Translations under genes and position numbers: made by a program
DNA from: Blastocladiella emersonii ATCC 22665
Taxonomy: Eukaryota; Fungi; Blastocladiomycota
Length of the DNA: 64,000 nt
NCBI GenBank assembly: GCA_025594325.1
Contig: JANHCV010000002.1
Coordinates: 1,798,001-1,862,000, forward strand
Direction: 5' to 3'
Shown: in pieces, positions 33,758 through 45,626 of the stretch
Layout: every line of letters starts with the position of its first letter
How positions within the stretch are numbered: position 1 is the first letter of the stretch
The notes under the pieces: generated by a model
What the model was told of the DNA's origin: nothing
The model's database searches: none
The model's input: only the letters and a program-made list of their open reading frames with translations

Positions 33758-35386
33758 GACCGTGACCTGAGCGACTTGACGAACCCTTGGTACACCGCGT
33801 TCTTGAGCTGGCGACCGGACCGGCTGCGCGTGATGGACGACGGCGGGTCGGGCGAGGGTGAGCGCGCGCGCTTTGGGTTGGCGCGGGCGGGCGATGAGGC
33901 GGCTGAGGACTGCATGACCAAGAACTGCGACTTGTCGGCCGAGACTTGGCGAGGAGCAGGATCTTGGCGTGGAGCGGGCACAGGGGAAGACGCGGCGACC
34001 TTGGAGGCGAGACGCTGCAGCGAACGCTGGCGCTCAAGCCGGGTGTCGGCCGAGATCTTCTTGTGGTAGTTGTTGATGGCGCCGGCGGTGTTGAAGCTGC
34101 TGGCGGGGATCCACGAGTTCTTGGCGGAGCGATCGGACCAGCGGACCAGGTACTCGCGCTCGCCGTTCGCGCCATCGCAATGACAGAGGATGTCGCGCAC
34201 GGTGTCCGATTCGCCCAAAGGCGCCGACTTGGGCTGGATGAGGCGCAGGTGGTGCGCGGGGATCTTCTTGACAAGTGCGCCAGTGGCGTCGCGGAGCGCG
34301 TACGCGCCGCCACGGTTGCGGCGGACCACTGTGTATGGGCCCTCGTAGCGTGGGTCGAGGCGGGAGGCGCGGTTGGTGGTCATGCGCATGACGATGGCGC
34401 CCGCGGGGAAGTCGGTGGCAATGATCTTGCGGTGCTGATTGGCGCGCGCTTGCACAATGGCGTTGCGGTCAGCGGTGCGCAGCGCAATGGCGGGGTAGAT
34501 GGACTCGGTCATGAGCTTGAGGCGAGCGAGCTGCTCCTGCTTGGTCATGTCGCGGAGGGGCGGCTGCGCGCAGTAGTTGTGGAGCGCGTTGGTGGGACGC
34601 GCGAACATGAGCGAGAAGGGCGTCAAGCCGTGGCGCGCGTGCGCGCGCATGTTGTAGGCATACTGGATGGCTGGGACCATGGCGGGCCAGCGGTTGAGCT
34701 GCCCGTTGAGCAAGGGGAGCAGCATCTCCTTGACCAAGCGAACAAGACGCTCCGAGGCGCTGTTGGCCTGCGGGTGGTACGGCGACACGAGGTGGCAGTC
34801 GATGCCGGCCATGTCGGCAAGCGAAGCGATGATCTGGTTGGCGAACTCGGGGCCGTTGTCAGACTGGATGATGCGCGGGAAACCGAATTGGAAGCACGTG
34901 GCCAGGAAGCAGGTGGCGACCTCGCCGGCAGACGCGGAGCGGATCGGGTGGAGCCATGCGAACTGGGTGCAGATGTCAATGATCACGAGCACGTGCGTGT
35001 ATCCGTTGGGCGAGATGGGCAGCTGCATGCAGTCCATGGACAGGTGGTCAAGCGGCAGCAGCGCCTCAATCGAGCGCATCAGGTGGAAACCCTGCCGCGT
35101 GGCCGAGAACTGCGCGCACGGGATGCAACCGGCAATGACGCGCTGGTAGTTGGCAAGCATGCCAGGCCATACGTGGCCGAGGACGACGAGCTGCTGCTGT
35201 GTGGCCGCAGGACCCAAGTGGCCCCAGTCGTGCACGTCGCGGATGATCTGGTTGCGCTGGTCACGCAGAGCAGGCGCCATGTTGAGGCGCTGCACAGGCG
35301 GGACAGTGCCGATGGGCAAGAACTTGGGCCGCGGCGCGCTACCCTTGGGGGCGGGTGCGGCGGCGACGACGCGGGCGTGCACAGCG

Positions 35387-35766
35387 GGCGCGGGTGTTGA
35401 AGAAGAGCTGCCCCCATGGGTGGGTGCGGCAGCAAAAGCGCGGGCCTGCTCCACGGGCAGGAGCAAGGCCAGCGCGAGGAAGAAGTGTCGAGCACGATTC
35501 TCTGCAAGGGAGAGATCATGCGTCATGAGCTGCTCGAGCTCGCCATTGCCAAGGGCACACTCGGGGAGAGACGGCGCGGGTGTTGAAGAAGAGCTGCCCC
35601 CATGGGTGGGTGTGGCAGCAAAAGCGCAGGCCCGCTCCACGGGCAGGAGCGAGGCCAGCGCAAGGAAAAAGTGTTGAGCACCATTCTCCGCGAGGGAGAG
35701 ATTGTGCGTCATGAGCTGCTCGAGCTCGCTGTCGCCGAGGGCACACTCGGGGAGAGACGGCGCGGG
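35387..35766. repeat. 186-bp in-frame tandem duplication in the RNaseH-integrase linker
   Basis: PSLPECALG...ELEQLMTH...PTHGGSSSSTPAP occurs twice; nucleotide anchors recur 186 bp apart. Confidence 0.88.
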
Positions 35767-36784
35767 AGAGGATCCGGAGGGACCCCCCCCCACCAGTGGG
35801 CGCCCATGGGGGGAACGCGATACAGGACGACGGCTGGCGCGGTTGATGGCAACAAGATGGGCACGGGCGTCGGTATTATACAGGCGCGACAGGATGTTGG
35901 GCAGCACGTTCAGGACGGCGGGGAGGTGCGTGACCAAGGACGAGAGGGAGAGCAGCGTGTTGAGCCAGTTTTTGAGGATGGGCGACAGGCGCTTCTGCGT
36001 GAACATGTGGGTGAGCGCCGCGTGGTCCGTGAACAACGCGAAACGGCGGCCGTGGAGGTAGTAGAAGAAGCGAGTGAGCGCGAAGACAATGCCGAGGAGC
36101 TCGCGCTTGGTGGCCGAGTAGTTCTGCTCAGCGGGCTGCAGAGAGCGAGAGGCAAATGAGATGTAGCGCGGGGACTCGCAGCTACCCTGGAACAGGACGG
36201 CGCTGAGACCGACGTTCGAGGCGTCGGTAGTGACAAAGAACGGCTTGGAGAAATCAGGCAGCGCGAGACACGGGGCGGCGGCAACGGCGGCCTTTAAGGC
36301 GAGGAACGCCTGCTCGCACTCGTTGGTCCACACGTTGCGGACGTCAAGGTTGATGCGCTTGAGGTTTTGAGGTTGCGCAGCGCGTCAAGCGGGTGCATGA
36401 GGACTGCGGCGAGCGGGATGTAGGCGCGCAGGTAGTTGACGAGGCCAAGGAACTTCTGGACCTGGTTGCCGGACGTTGGACGCGGCCAGTTGCGGATCGA
36501 GACGACCTTGGCCTCGGCGGGCTGCACGCCCTTGGCCGAGACAACGTGGCCAAGCAGGTGCACGCGTGCGTAGTAGAAGAAGCACTTGGCGGGGTTGAGG
36601 CGGAGGTTCCACCGCGTGAGACGGTAGACAACGAGGACAAGGTGCTGCATGTGCTCCTCAATTGAGGCCAAGAAGATGACGAGATCGTCAATGAAGACGC
36701 GCACAAACGGCATGTCGTGGAAGATGTTGGACATGACGGCCTGGAACTGCGCCGAGAGAGTCTTGATGCCAAACGGGCCGCGCG

Positions 36785-37096
36785 AAGACGACATCGGGCT
36801 GGATAGAGCCGGAATGATGTTGTCGAGGAACAGGTCTGCACGCACAGTCAGGAACGCTGGGTAGCACCGAGAAGGCTCGCCGCGAACGGGCGTGCGGTTC
36901 GCTGCAGCCAAACGAGCGCGCAAAGACGACATCAGGCTGGATAGAGCCGGAATGATGTTGTCAAGGAACAGGTCTGCACGCACAGTCAGGAACGCTGGGT
37001 AGCACTGAGAAGGCTTGCCGCAAACGGGCGTGCGGTTCGCCACAGCCAAACAAGCGCGCAAAGACGAAATCGGGCTGGATAGAGCCGGAATGATGA
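36785..37096. repeat. 138-bp tandem repeat (about 2.3 copies) upstream of the truncated RT
   Basis: AAGACGA(C/A)ATC anchors at 36785, 36923 and 37061. Confidence 0.9.
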
Positions 37097-37514
37097 GGTC
37101 AGAGATATTATTATTGTGAGCGACAAGCGCCACGTACAGGTCGCGGATGGACGCGCGTGCCCAGGTCACAAAAATGCAGGCGTGCCCAGCCAGACGGGGT
37201 CGACTGCACCGGCGCCGTTGTGCTCACGGCGCGCACCAGAGCGGGCGGGGGTGGCGAAATGCGCGACGGGACCGAGGCGGCCGCAAAGGGGATTGTTGTG
37301 GGTGACGGTGGCAGCGCGGGCTGAGGTGGGGCCGAGGCGGGAGCCGACAATGATGTGGTAGAACTTGTTGAGCAGGTGCGCAAACAGGCTGGTGGCGGAC
37401 GCCGGCAGGAGGGCGAGGACACGGAGGTGGTGGGCGAGCAGGGGCTGGGAGCGGGGAATGCCATCGACTGCGCAGGCAGGCGAGGAGACAAACTTGGAGC
37501 GGGAGCGCTCGAGG

Positions 37515-37842
37515 TCATCTGCCAAACTTGGTCTCAAGACCCGCGGGCCAGACAGGCGCCACGGCCGCGTGGTAGTTGCGCGGGGCGCGCTTGTGCACAG
37601 CGGAGCGGGAGCGCAAGCGGGACCGGGGATGCAAGTGGGACTGGGAACGCGAGCGCTGACGCTTGTTGCTGCCGCCACAATCACGATCGTGGCGGTTGTT
37701 GGGCACAGCAAGAAGCGCACGCGGGGCGTTGCGGGACGCGCAGTCGTCACGGCTGGCCTTGCCCTTGTTGTACTGGCCGTTCTTGTCGTGGGCGCCGCCG
37801 CCGCAGTGGTTGTTGTTCTTGTTGTTGTAGTTGTTGTAGTAG

Positions 37843-37876
<34 letters not shown>

Positions 37877-38960
37877 AGTTGTTGTTGTTGTTGTTGTTGT
37901 TGTAGTTGTTGTTGTTCTTGTTCTTGTCCTTGTCCTTGTTGCCCGACTTGGTGCGCGCGGGCGGCACAGCGGACGAGGCGTCGCCAGCATTGCCGGCGGG
38001 CGCCTTGCTGCGCGAGGCGATCTGGATGTAGCCGTGGAGGCCAATGAGGTCGACGAGTGTGAGCGGGGTGCGCTTGGAGGTGGCGGTGCCAAGCGTGTGG
38101 CAGAGGACGTTGTAGACATTGTCCTTGATGCCCTTGACCAAGTTGGGGAACGAGGAGAGGAGCGCGGGAGGCAGGTGGCCGGTGGGATCCAGGCAACCCC
38201 CCTTGCAGAGACGCCAGACAAACACAACGCGGTGGCGCTCAAGGGTGAGGCCCAGAGTGGCGGGGAACGAGAGGTCGAGGTAGCGGACAATGGTGGCGCG
38301 CTCCATGTGGTCAAAGAAGTGGGCGATCAGCTGGTGCTCCTTGAGACTGGCACCCTTGCGGACCATCGACTTGTACACAACCTGGGCGTCGTGGCCAACG
38401 GTGGTGGTGGCGGCGTCAAGCAGCTTGTACAGGTTGTGCAGCGGGTAGAGGTTGCGGAGGTTGCGGAGGAAGGTGGCTGGGTCTCGGCAGTTGCCGCGGG
38501 TCTGGTGGCGGAAGTTGATGCGGGTGCTCTCGATGTCGGCGCGCAGCTGCTTGTCGACGCTGGTGGTTGATGCGGCGGGAGCGGCTGGCGAGGCGGCGGC
38601 CGGCGCGGCCGGGGGCACCCTGGCGGGCAGCATGTCGACGGCGAGGTTGATCATGTTGTTGTAGCGCGAGTGCGCGGCGATGAGCGCGTCCAGCGCCTTG
38701 GCGGCCTGGGCCTGCAGCTTGGGCGGGTGGGTGGCTGATGTGCCGTTGCCCTGGGACGGCGCGGGTTGCGCGGCAGCGTTGATGGCGGCTGATCAGGCAG
38801 CGAACTGCTCAGCGAGTAGCTGGCGCAGCTCAGCGGCGCGCGCGCGTGCGGCGGGCACGGCCTGGGGGTCCTTGGCTGCGGCGCTGCATGTGCCGGGGAG
38901 CGCGGAGATGTCGCTGCAGAGCGCCGGCGAGATGGTGAAGGTGGTGGGGTTTGAGGCCAT
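37515..38960 (-). pseudogene. gag: gag-like ORF with premature TGA at 38793-38795 and a poly-Asn tract
   Basis: ATG 23 nt inside the 5' LTR boundary (MASNPTTF). It is in frame with ORF 37515-38654 across one TGA. Confidence 0.72.
37808..37925. repeat. (AAC)n microsatellite with TAC interruptions encoding poly-Asn in gag
   Basis: GTT/GTA run on the + strand; NNNNYNNNNNNNNYNNN in the gag frame. Confidence 0.92.
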
Positions 38961-38982
38961 GCGGAAAACTACTTGAAGAAAA

Positions 38983-39198
38983 TGTTGACGCCGACAGAAA
39001 GAGGCGGGAGACAAGTAGTCAGGGATGTCTATTCCTGCCTTTGGCCCCAAACCCAAGACGGGGAGAGGGGAGAATGGATAACAAAGCAGGGCGCGCCGCA
39101 GCGGGGTGCGGCGGCGTGGGAGCGAGGGATTGCAGGCGGCTCACGCGAGATCAGATGATTGATCACCGCGGTCGTGGCCACATGAACGACACGCAACA
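38983..39198 (-). repeat. 5' LTR
   Basis: TGTTG...CAACA, followed by the TSD CCTAC. Confidence 0.95.
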
Positions 39199-40852
39199 CC
39201 TACCGCGCGCGTTGTACCTGCGCTGCTGTTCTCATCATTGACACGGCAGACTAAAGCTACAGCTGAGACCCAAGTGTGTGCGCAGCACACACACCTAGTT
39301 ATTAACTACGAGGGGAAGCATTATAGAACCTCCTGGACGCTCCCCTGAACCAGCCTCTTTAAATCGAGCGTGGGGACTCAAAGCAGATCACGTGTCAAAC
39401 AATCACGTGAGCGGTGCGAGACAGTTTTCTGCCTTGGAAACGACCCGGTTATCATGCCGTCGACTTGAGCGGAAAAGGATGCGACAGGATACGCAAGTTT
39501 ATGTGTATTGATGGACGAGCACCCAAGACGGCAAACCATGTCGCAGTGGACGGGACAACGTCTCGCGCCCGCACCACACCCAGATTCCATGAGACGATCT
39601 ATGACCACGCACATGCGTCCGATGACGCATCCAGCTGCGAGCACCAAGCGCAGTGTCTAATTCCTAGTCTGGTCTGGCGGCAGGGAACGCGAAACCCAGC
39701 CGTTGCTGACGCACGGAGCGCGAACGTGCTCATGCCGAACCGAACCAGGAGGCTAAGCGGCAAGGAGGTGCTCATTGTGAAGGAAGGCCGACGCACGCGC
39801 GTGATCACGGACCGGATTTGCAAACTGGTCATGGGGCAGGTGAACGAGATCGCGTACTGTGGTAGATTGCGTGGACTAGTCTATTGAGACAGTAGGCAGG
39901 GTGACAGGAGATGAGGTTTGCCAGTTGAGCGGGACCATTGTAAGCATAAGTTTGACAACGATAAGTGTTGCAGACATGTCACGAGCGCGGTACCGAGTCA
40001 GGAAGTACTTGAGTGCTGCCGAGATCGTTCTCCAACGGGTCATTCATTGTCGTAACCCATGGTGTTGATTCTTTCGGTAGAAGAGTTGATGTGCTCGAGC
40101 TTGCGGCGCTTAAGCGGTAATGGCGCGACGCGAGAAGATCGAATTGATTAGCGAGTAGCGGCTGAATCTAATAGATCAGAGGACTTGGTCAGCCCGTGTT
40201 CGAGGAGCGTGTAACGCGAATGTGTACCTGGAAGTAGCGTCCACATGATTGTGAGAAAGCCACTACCCAGCACCAGGCAACCCTTGCAACGACAACGTGA
40301 ACTGAAATATATTTCAGCAAGTGTCAATGATCGCAAGTTTGGAGAACGCGCGAAACCGCGTGCGCACCAAACGCCTTCGCCGGGCACGGTCCACGCCAAT
40401 GCAAGGCACCGACGGAATTGACAAAACTTCAGCGAGTCGGTCCCGATGCAAGAAGTCTTCATTTCCAAACATGAGTTGGTTCGTGGGGAGCGTGAGCGTT
40501 GCGGAGGAGGCGGGAGCGCAAAGCGAGCGGAACGGGCTCGCGTCTAGTCTCGGTGCACAGATTCGTTCCCACGTGTGGCGCGCCGTTGGACCTGCCAAAC
40601 GCGTCAAAGTGGCGCTCGGGCTGACCGTGGAAACGAGTCTGGAATCTAGTTTCACCCCCACCCCTCCCGCCACGTCGCGTCGCGTCGCAGGGGCACGTGC
40701 GCAAGTGTTGGGGGCGCCGATCGCTCCGCGCGCTCGGTGCCGCCCGCCCACGCAGAGCCTTGCCGCGAGCTTGTCCGCCGCCCCGCCTCTCCTTCCCCTC
40801 CCTCTCTCTCCTTCTTGCAACCCAACACACCCTGCAACGCATCAAACCCCCC

Positions 40853-43341
40853 ATGACGATCGCCTCGCACCTCGGCCGGCTGGCGCGCACGTCGCGCGCG
40901 TCGGCGGCCGCGACCGCGCGCCGCGCCTACGTGGCGACGACGTACAAGAAGCCGCTGCACCCCGAGTGGACCAAGCTGGCGACCAAAGAGCTCAAGGGCA
41001 AGGACCCGCAGGAGCGCCTGACGTGGCGCACGCGCGAGGGCATCGACGTCAAGCCCGTCTTCACCTCCGAGGACCTCGAGGGGCTGCCGTACGTCAAGGA
41101 CGAGGTGCCCGGCGTCTTCCCCTTCACGCGCGGGCCCTACGCCTCCATGTACACGCAGCGGCCCTGGACGATCCGCCAGTACGCTGGCTTCTCGACGGTG
41201 CAGGAGTCCAACAAGTTCTACCGCGCCAACCTCGCTGCGGGTGTGCAGGGCCTCTCGGTCGCCTTCGATCTCGCCACCCACCGCGGCTACGACTCGGACC
41301 ACCCGCGCGTCCCCGGCGATGTCGGTATGGCCGGCGTCGCCATCGACTCTGTCGAGGACATGAAGCTGCTGTTCGAGGGCATCCCGCTGAACAAGATGTC
41401 CGTCAGTATGACCATGGTGCGTTGTTTCCTGCGCGTTCGGGGGTGCGATCGGACACTAACCGGTTCCCCCACTTGAATGAACAGAACGGTGCCGTGCTCC
41501 CGATCGTCGCCTTCTACATCGTGGCCGGGCTCGAGCAGGGCGCCAAGCTCGAGGAGCTGTCGGGCACGGTGCAGAACGACATTCTCAAGGAGTTCATGGT
41601 CCGCAACACCTTCATCTACCCGCCCGAGCCGTCCATGAAGCTCATCGGCGACATCTTCGAGTACACGGCCAAGTACATGCCCAAGTACAACTCCATCTCC
41701 ATCTCGGGCTACCACATCCAGGAGGCCGGCGCCGATGCGGTGCTCGAGCTCGCCTTCACGCTCGCCGACGGCCTCGAGTACGCGCGCACGGGCATCAAGG
41801 CCGGCATGACCATTGACCAGTTCGCGCCGCGCCTGTCCTTCTTCTTCGGCATCGGCATGAACTTCTACATGGAGATCGCCAAGCTGCGCGCCGCGCGCCG
41901 CCTGTGGGCGCAGCTCATCAAGGAGAAGTTCGACCCCAAGGACAAGAAGTCGATGCTGCTGCGCACGCACTGCCAGACGTCCGGGTGGTCGCTGACCGAG
42001 CAGGACCCGTACAACAACGTGGTCCGCACCACGGTCGAGGCCATGGCCGCCACGCTCGGCGGCACGCAGTCGCTGCACACCAACGCTCTCGACGAGGCCG
42101 TGGGTCTCCCGACCGCCTTCTCGTCGCGCATCGCCCGCAACACCCAGCTCATCCTGCAGGAGGAGGCCATGATCCCCAAGGTGGCCGACCCGTGGGGCGG
42201 GTCGTACATGATGGAGTCCCTGACCAACGCGCTGTGCGAGTCGGCCATGGAGATCATCAACGAGATTGAGGGCATGGGCGGCATGGCCAAGGCCGTCGAC
42301 ACGGGCCTGCCCAAGCTGCGCATCGAGGAGGCCGCCGCCAAGCGCCAGGCCCAGATCGACTCGGGCGCCGAGACCATTGTCGGCGTCAACAAGTACCGCC
42401 TCGCCAACGAGGAGCCCATCGAGGTGCTGCAGATCGACAACACCAAGGTGCGCCAGTCGCAGATCGAGCGCATGGACGCCATGAAGAAGGCCCGCGACAG
42501 CAAGCGCGCCGAGGCGTGCCTCGCCGCGCTCACCGAGTGCGCCAAGTCGGGCAAGGGCAATCTGCTCGAGCTCTCGGTCGAGGCCGCCAAGGCCCGGTGC
42601 ACGCTCGGCGAGATCTCGTACGCCCTCGAGAAGGTGTGGGGCCGCCACTCGCCCGTGACCCGCGTCATCTCGGGCGCCTACAAGTCCGAGTACGGGTCGT
42701 CGGACGAGATCAAGACGGCGCTCGCCACCACCGACGCGTTCGCCGCCAAGGAGGGCCGCCGCCCGCGTATCCTCGTCGCCAAGATGGGCCAGGACGGCCA
42801 CGACCGCGGCGCCAAGGTCATCGCGTCCGGGTTCGCGGACCTCGGGTTCGACGTCGACGTCGGCCCGCTGTTCCAGACCCCCGCCGAGGTCGCCCGCCAG
42901 GCCGTCGACGCGGACGTGCACGTCATTGGCGTGTCGTCGCAGGCCGCCGGACACAAGACGCTCGTCCCCGCGCTCGTCGCCGAGCTCGCCAAGGTCGGCG
43001 CCTCCGACAAGCTCGTCGTGTGCGGCGGCGTGATCCCGCCCCAGGACTACGAATTCCTGTACAAGGCCGGCGCCGCGTCCATCTTCGGGCCCGGCACCCG
43101 CATCCCGCTCGCCGCCGTCGAGGTCGTCCAGAAGATCGAGGAGGCCCTCGCTAAGGCCGACTCGAGTGCGGCCAAGGCGGCGGCCAAGCCTGCTGCTGCT
43201 CCCGCTGCTGCTCCCGCTGCCCCCGCGGCCGCCGCCGCGCCCAAGGCTGCCCCGGCCGCTGCTCCGGCGGCCAAGGAGGAGCCCAAGAAGGCGGCGGCCG
43301 AGGCGCCCAAGAAGCCCGCCGAGGCTCCCAAGAAGGCGTGA
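40853..43341 (+). CDS. MUT: Mitochondrial methylmalonyl-CoA mutase (AdoCbl-dependent, 806 aa); intron 41417-41484
   Basis: [10 protein letters not shown]...[46 protein letters not shown] and the B12-binding [11 protein letters not shown]; Arg/Ala presequence. Confidence 0.97.
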
Positions 43342-43459
43342 GCCGGCTCCCGTCGATGATATGTTGTTGATTTTGTCCTTGCAGTACCCCCTAACGATAT
43401 GATGTGTGTTCCCCTCTCAAAACCCGATGCGAGCAAGCAACGACGAGGGAGGGTGTATT

Positions 43460-44044
43460 TCAAGACGGTGGCACCGCATCCTCCTCGACCCGTGGCGGCG
43501 CCTCGGGCCCGGCCAAGTGCCGCGCGAGCATCGCGAGCCGCGCCGCACCGCGCCGCGTGATGGCGTCCGCAACGTCGGGCGCGACGGGAAGCTGCGCCGC
43601 GAGTCCCGCGTCGGCGCGCCAGTCCCATGAGGATGCGGATGCGGCGGCGGTCCATGAGTCCGCGGCGGCGTACAGCTGGTCGTCGATGCGCGACCCAACC
43701 TCGCGCACGCGCGCCGACGCGTTGTCGGAGCGGGTGCTCGAAGCGGACAGGTTGGCTTGCCATGCGGCGTTCCACGCGGCGTCGGCGTCGAGGGTATCGG
43801 CTGATGTGGAAGATGCGGAAGCGGAAGCGCGAGGCGCGGCGAACGCGGTCCACGCGCGCTCGAGGTCCGGGTTGGGCGGTGGCGGCGGCGCGCGGTGCCA
43901 CGGCGGTTGCTGGCGTGCGGCCGACGATGACGAAGAGGAGGAGGACGCCTCGAAGGCGGACGCGGCCCACTCGTCGGCGCCGTCGGCCCACCCGAACAGG
44001 CCGCGCGGGAGGCCGCCTTGCTTGCTTGACGTGGATGCGGACAT
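43460..44044 (-). CDS. Hypothetical Ala/Ser/Trp-rich protein (about 194 aa)
   Basis: ATG in a good context (ACC ATG), coding-like composition, spaced Trp residues. No family recognised. Confidence 0.35.
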   Translation of the reverse strand: MSASTSSKQGGLPRGLFGWADGADEWAASAFEASSSSSSSSAARQQPPWHRAPPPPPNPDLERAWTAFAAPRASASASSTSADTLDADAAWNAAWQANLSASSTRSDNASARVREVGSRIDDQLYAAADSWTAAASASSWDWRADAGLAAQLPVAPDVADAITRRGAARLAMLARHLAGPEAPPRVEEDAVPPS

Positions 44045-45626
44045 GGTGGGTGTTGGGTGGGAGATAGAGTCGAATAGTGGGTGCTGCTTCAAGTATACAT
44101 TGCAGTGTGGGGGTTTCTTGAGCGATATTTAAGAGGGGAGGGAGAGGGAGAACGCGGCAGCCGTGCATCCCGTGGCGCAGCGCGTTGAAAGTGCGGAGCG
44201 CTCGCCGGTCGCATCGCGGCTCCCCCAACTTGCACACCACGATCAGCTCATGCATCGATTACCACATCCTTCTTGCATCTCACTGCCTGCAACATGGCCG
44301 GCGGCTGCAGATTGGCCAAGCTCCAACTCTCGCGAGGTCGATTCAGTGTGAGTTCCCTCATGAATTCCCCGCATCGACACTTGGCTCAATGGCTCGTAAG
44401 TTTGTCGCATGCCAAGGAAAGGGTACCTGAACCTCTCCTATGTGCGCTTCGGATGCGTCGTGTGGCATCCCTCACGACCTGTTCTTGCCAACCATCCCCG
44501 CTCGCTCCCACCGTCTGTTTAGGCGCCCAAGCACTAAAACCGGACAACTTGAACATGTTTCTGGATGAGTTTTCTTATCGTGCAGCAAAACGCTGGTGAG
44601 GCGGACTCGTCCGGTCCAAAGGCTCGTGCGATGCGTGTCTCGAAAACCGAGGACGCGATATCTCTATGGCAACGCCGCAACGAAGTCGGTCATTTGCTCT
44701 ATGGCGGGAAATGTCATTCAAAAGTGGATCAGGGTCGCAACGGTGCGCCCTCATCCCCAGTTCCTCAACGACGGGCCCTTTCTAACATACTCTCTTGGCT
44801 CTTCTTGCTCTTGCTCGATACTCCTTTTAGGTCCGCGGCATGCACACATTCCCGCACGAGTTTGGCCTGTTTCCCGCCTTGGGCATCAAACACCCTGAAG
44901 TTTGCTACTTGCATTCACTTGATGCACATTTCGCCCCCCACTACCTCGCAACCGCTCACCTGCCTTCAGTCAAGTCTCTGAGCCTGGTCCGTGATCACGC
45001 GCATGCGTCGGCCCCGTCACTCCTCGACACAACTCCTGGTCGCTCGACTTTGCGGTCCGGTCCAGCACGGTCACGTCCGCGCTTCGTACTTCACCAACGG
45101 CTGGGTATCGCGCTCCCTGCCGCTGGGCTAGGCCGTTCGGTCGGGTGACTCTGGGAAAGCTTGGAACTCGCACACGCGCAGTTTTTGCGGGCCAGCGGAC
45201 GCATGCGCGCGGTCACGGACCTGCTCGGGAACTCTTTGTGGAGGTTGGTTGGAATCGGGTTTGGAACGTGTTTCGAGAGTTTGATACATGGGATGCTCGT
45301 TCTTTGATGGAAGCTTGTCCTGAGCAATTAAGGAACGAACAAGATTGCCAGCCAACCTAGAAATCAGGGCGCTGGTACTGCTCAGCCTCGTGCCCAAGTG
45401 AACCGGAGATGGACGCGCTGCGCCACCGCGTGCACATGAAACTCGCGGGTCGCGTCGACATCACACTCGTGTTCATCGGCATGATGCGGTCTTCAGAAAG
45501 TAATCAGGAACGCTCGTAAAAATGTACTTCATCGCAAATCTCACAGCGATGATGTGGTTTAGGCTCGACCTATGCTACTGGCTCTGCGCAATCGCGTCCA
45601 GCGCGGACGCGTACTTGCGCTTGAAC

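Larger units (their letters stand above)
33745..36790 (-). pseudogene. pol: pol remnant: C-terminal RT, RNase H, integrase, chromodomain
   Basis: PFGIK...VFIDDLVIF (RT), TDASNVG/YSATKRELL/TDH (RNase H), HHCC zinc finger, DCM/SDNG/SER (DDE), EGPY, and EYLVRWSD...SWIP (chromodomain). An 8-nt duplication (about 36360-36374) shifts the frame. Confidence 0.92.
33529..39198 (-). mobile_element. Ty3/Gypsy chromovirus LTR retrotransposon, full-span but defective (5670 bp)
   Basis: 216-bp LTRs with TG...CA ends, 5-bp TSD CCTAC (33524-33528 and 39199-39203), PPT next to the 3' LTR, and gag-RT-RNaseH-integrase-chromodomain order. Confidence 0.96.

Noticed and set aside
33529-39198. Direct repeats as a CRISPR-like array
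   Set aside because: They are LTRs and internal tandem duplications, with no repeat-spacer periodicity and a eukaryotic context.
39204-40500. ORFs 39414-39887 and 40148-40468
   Set aside because: No coding bias or motifs, and no terminal repeats to support a second mobile element.
40321-43341. 1006-aa ORF as an N-terminally extended MUT fusion
   Set aside because: The first part is out of frame with MUT exon 1 (40853-41416); the long ORF results from reading through the intron.
44100-45600. Lower-GC region with many short ORFs
   Set aside because: No supported gene, RNA or repeat structure is visible.
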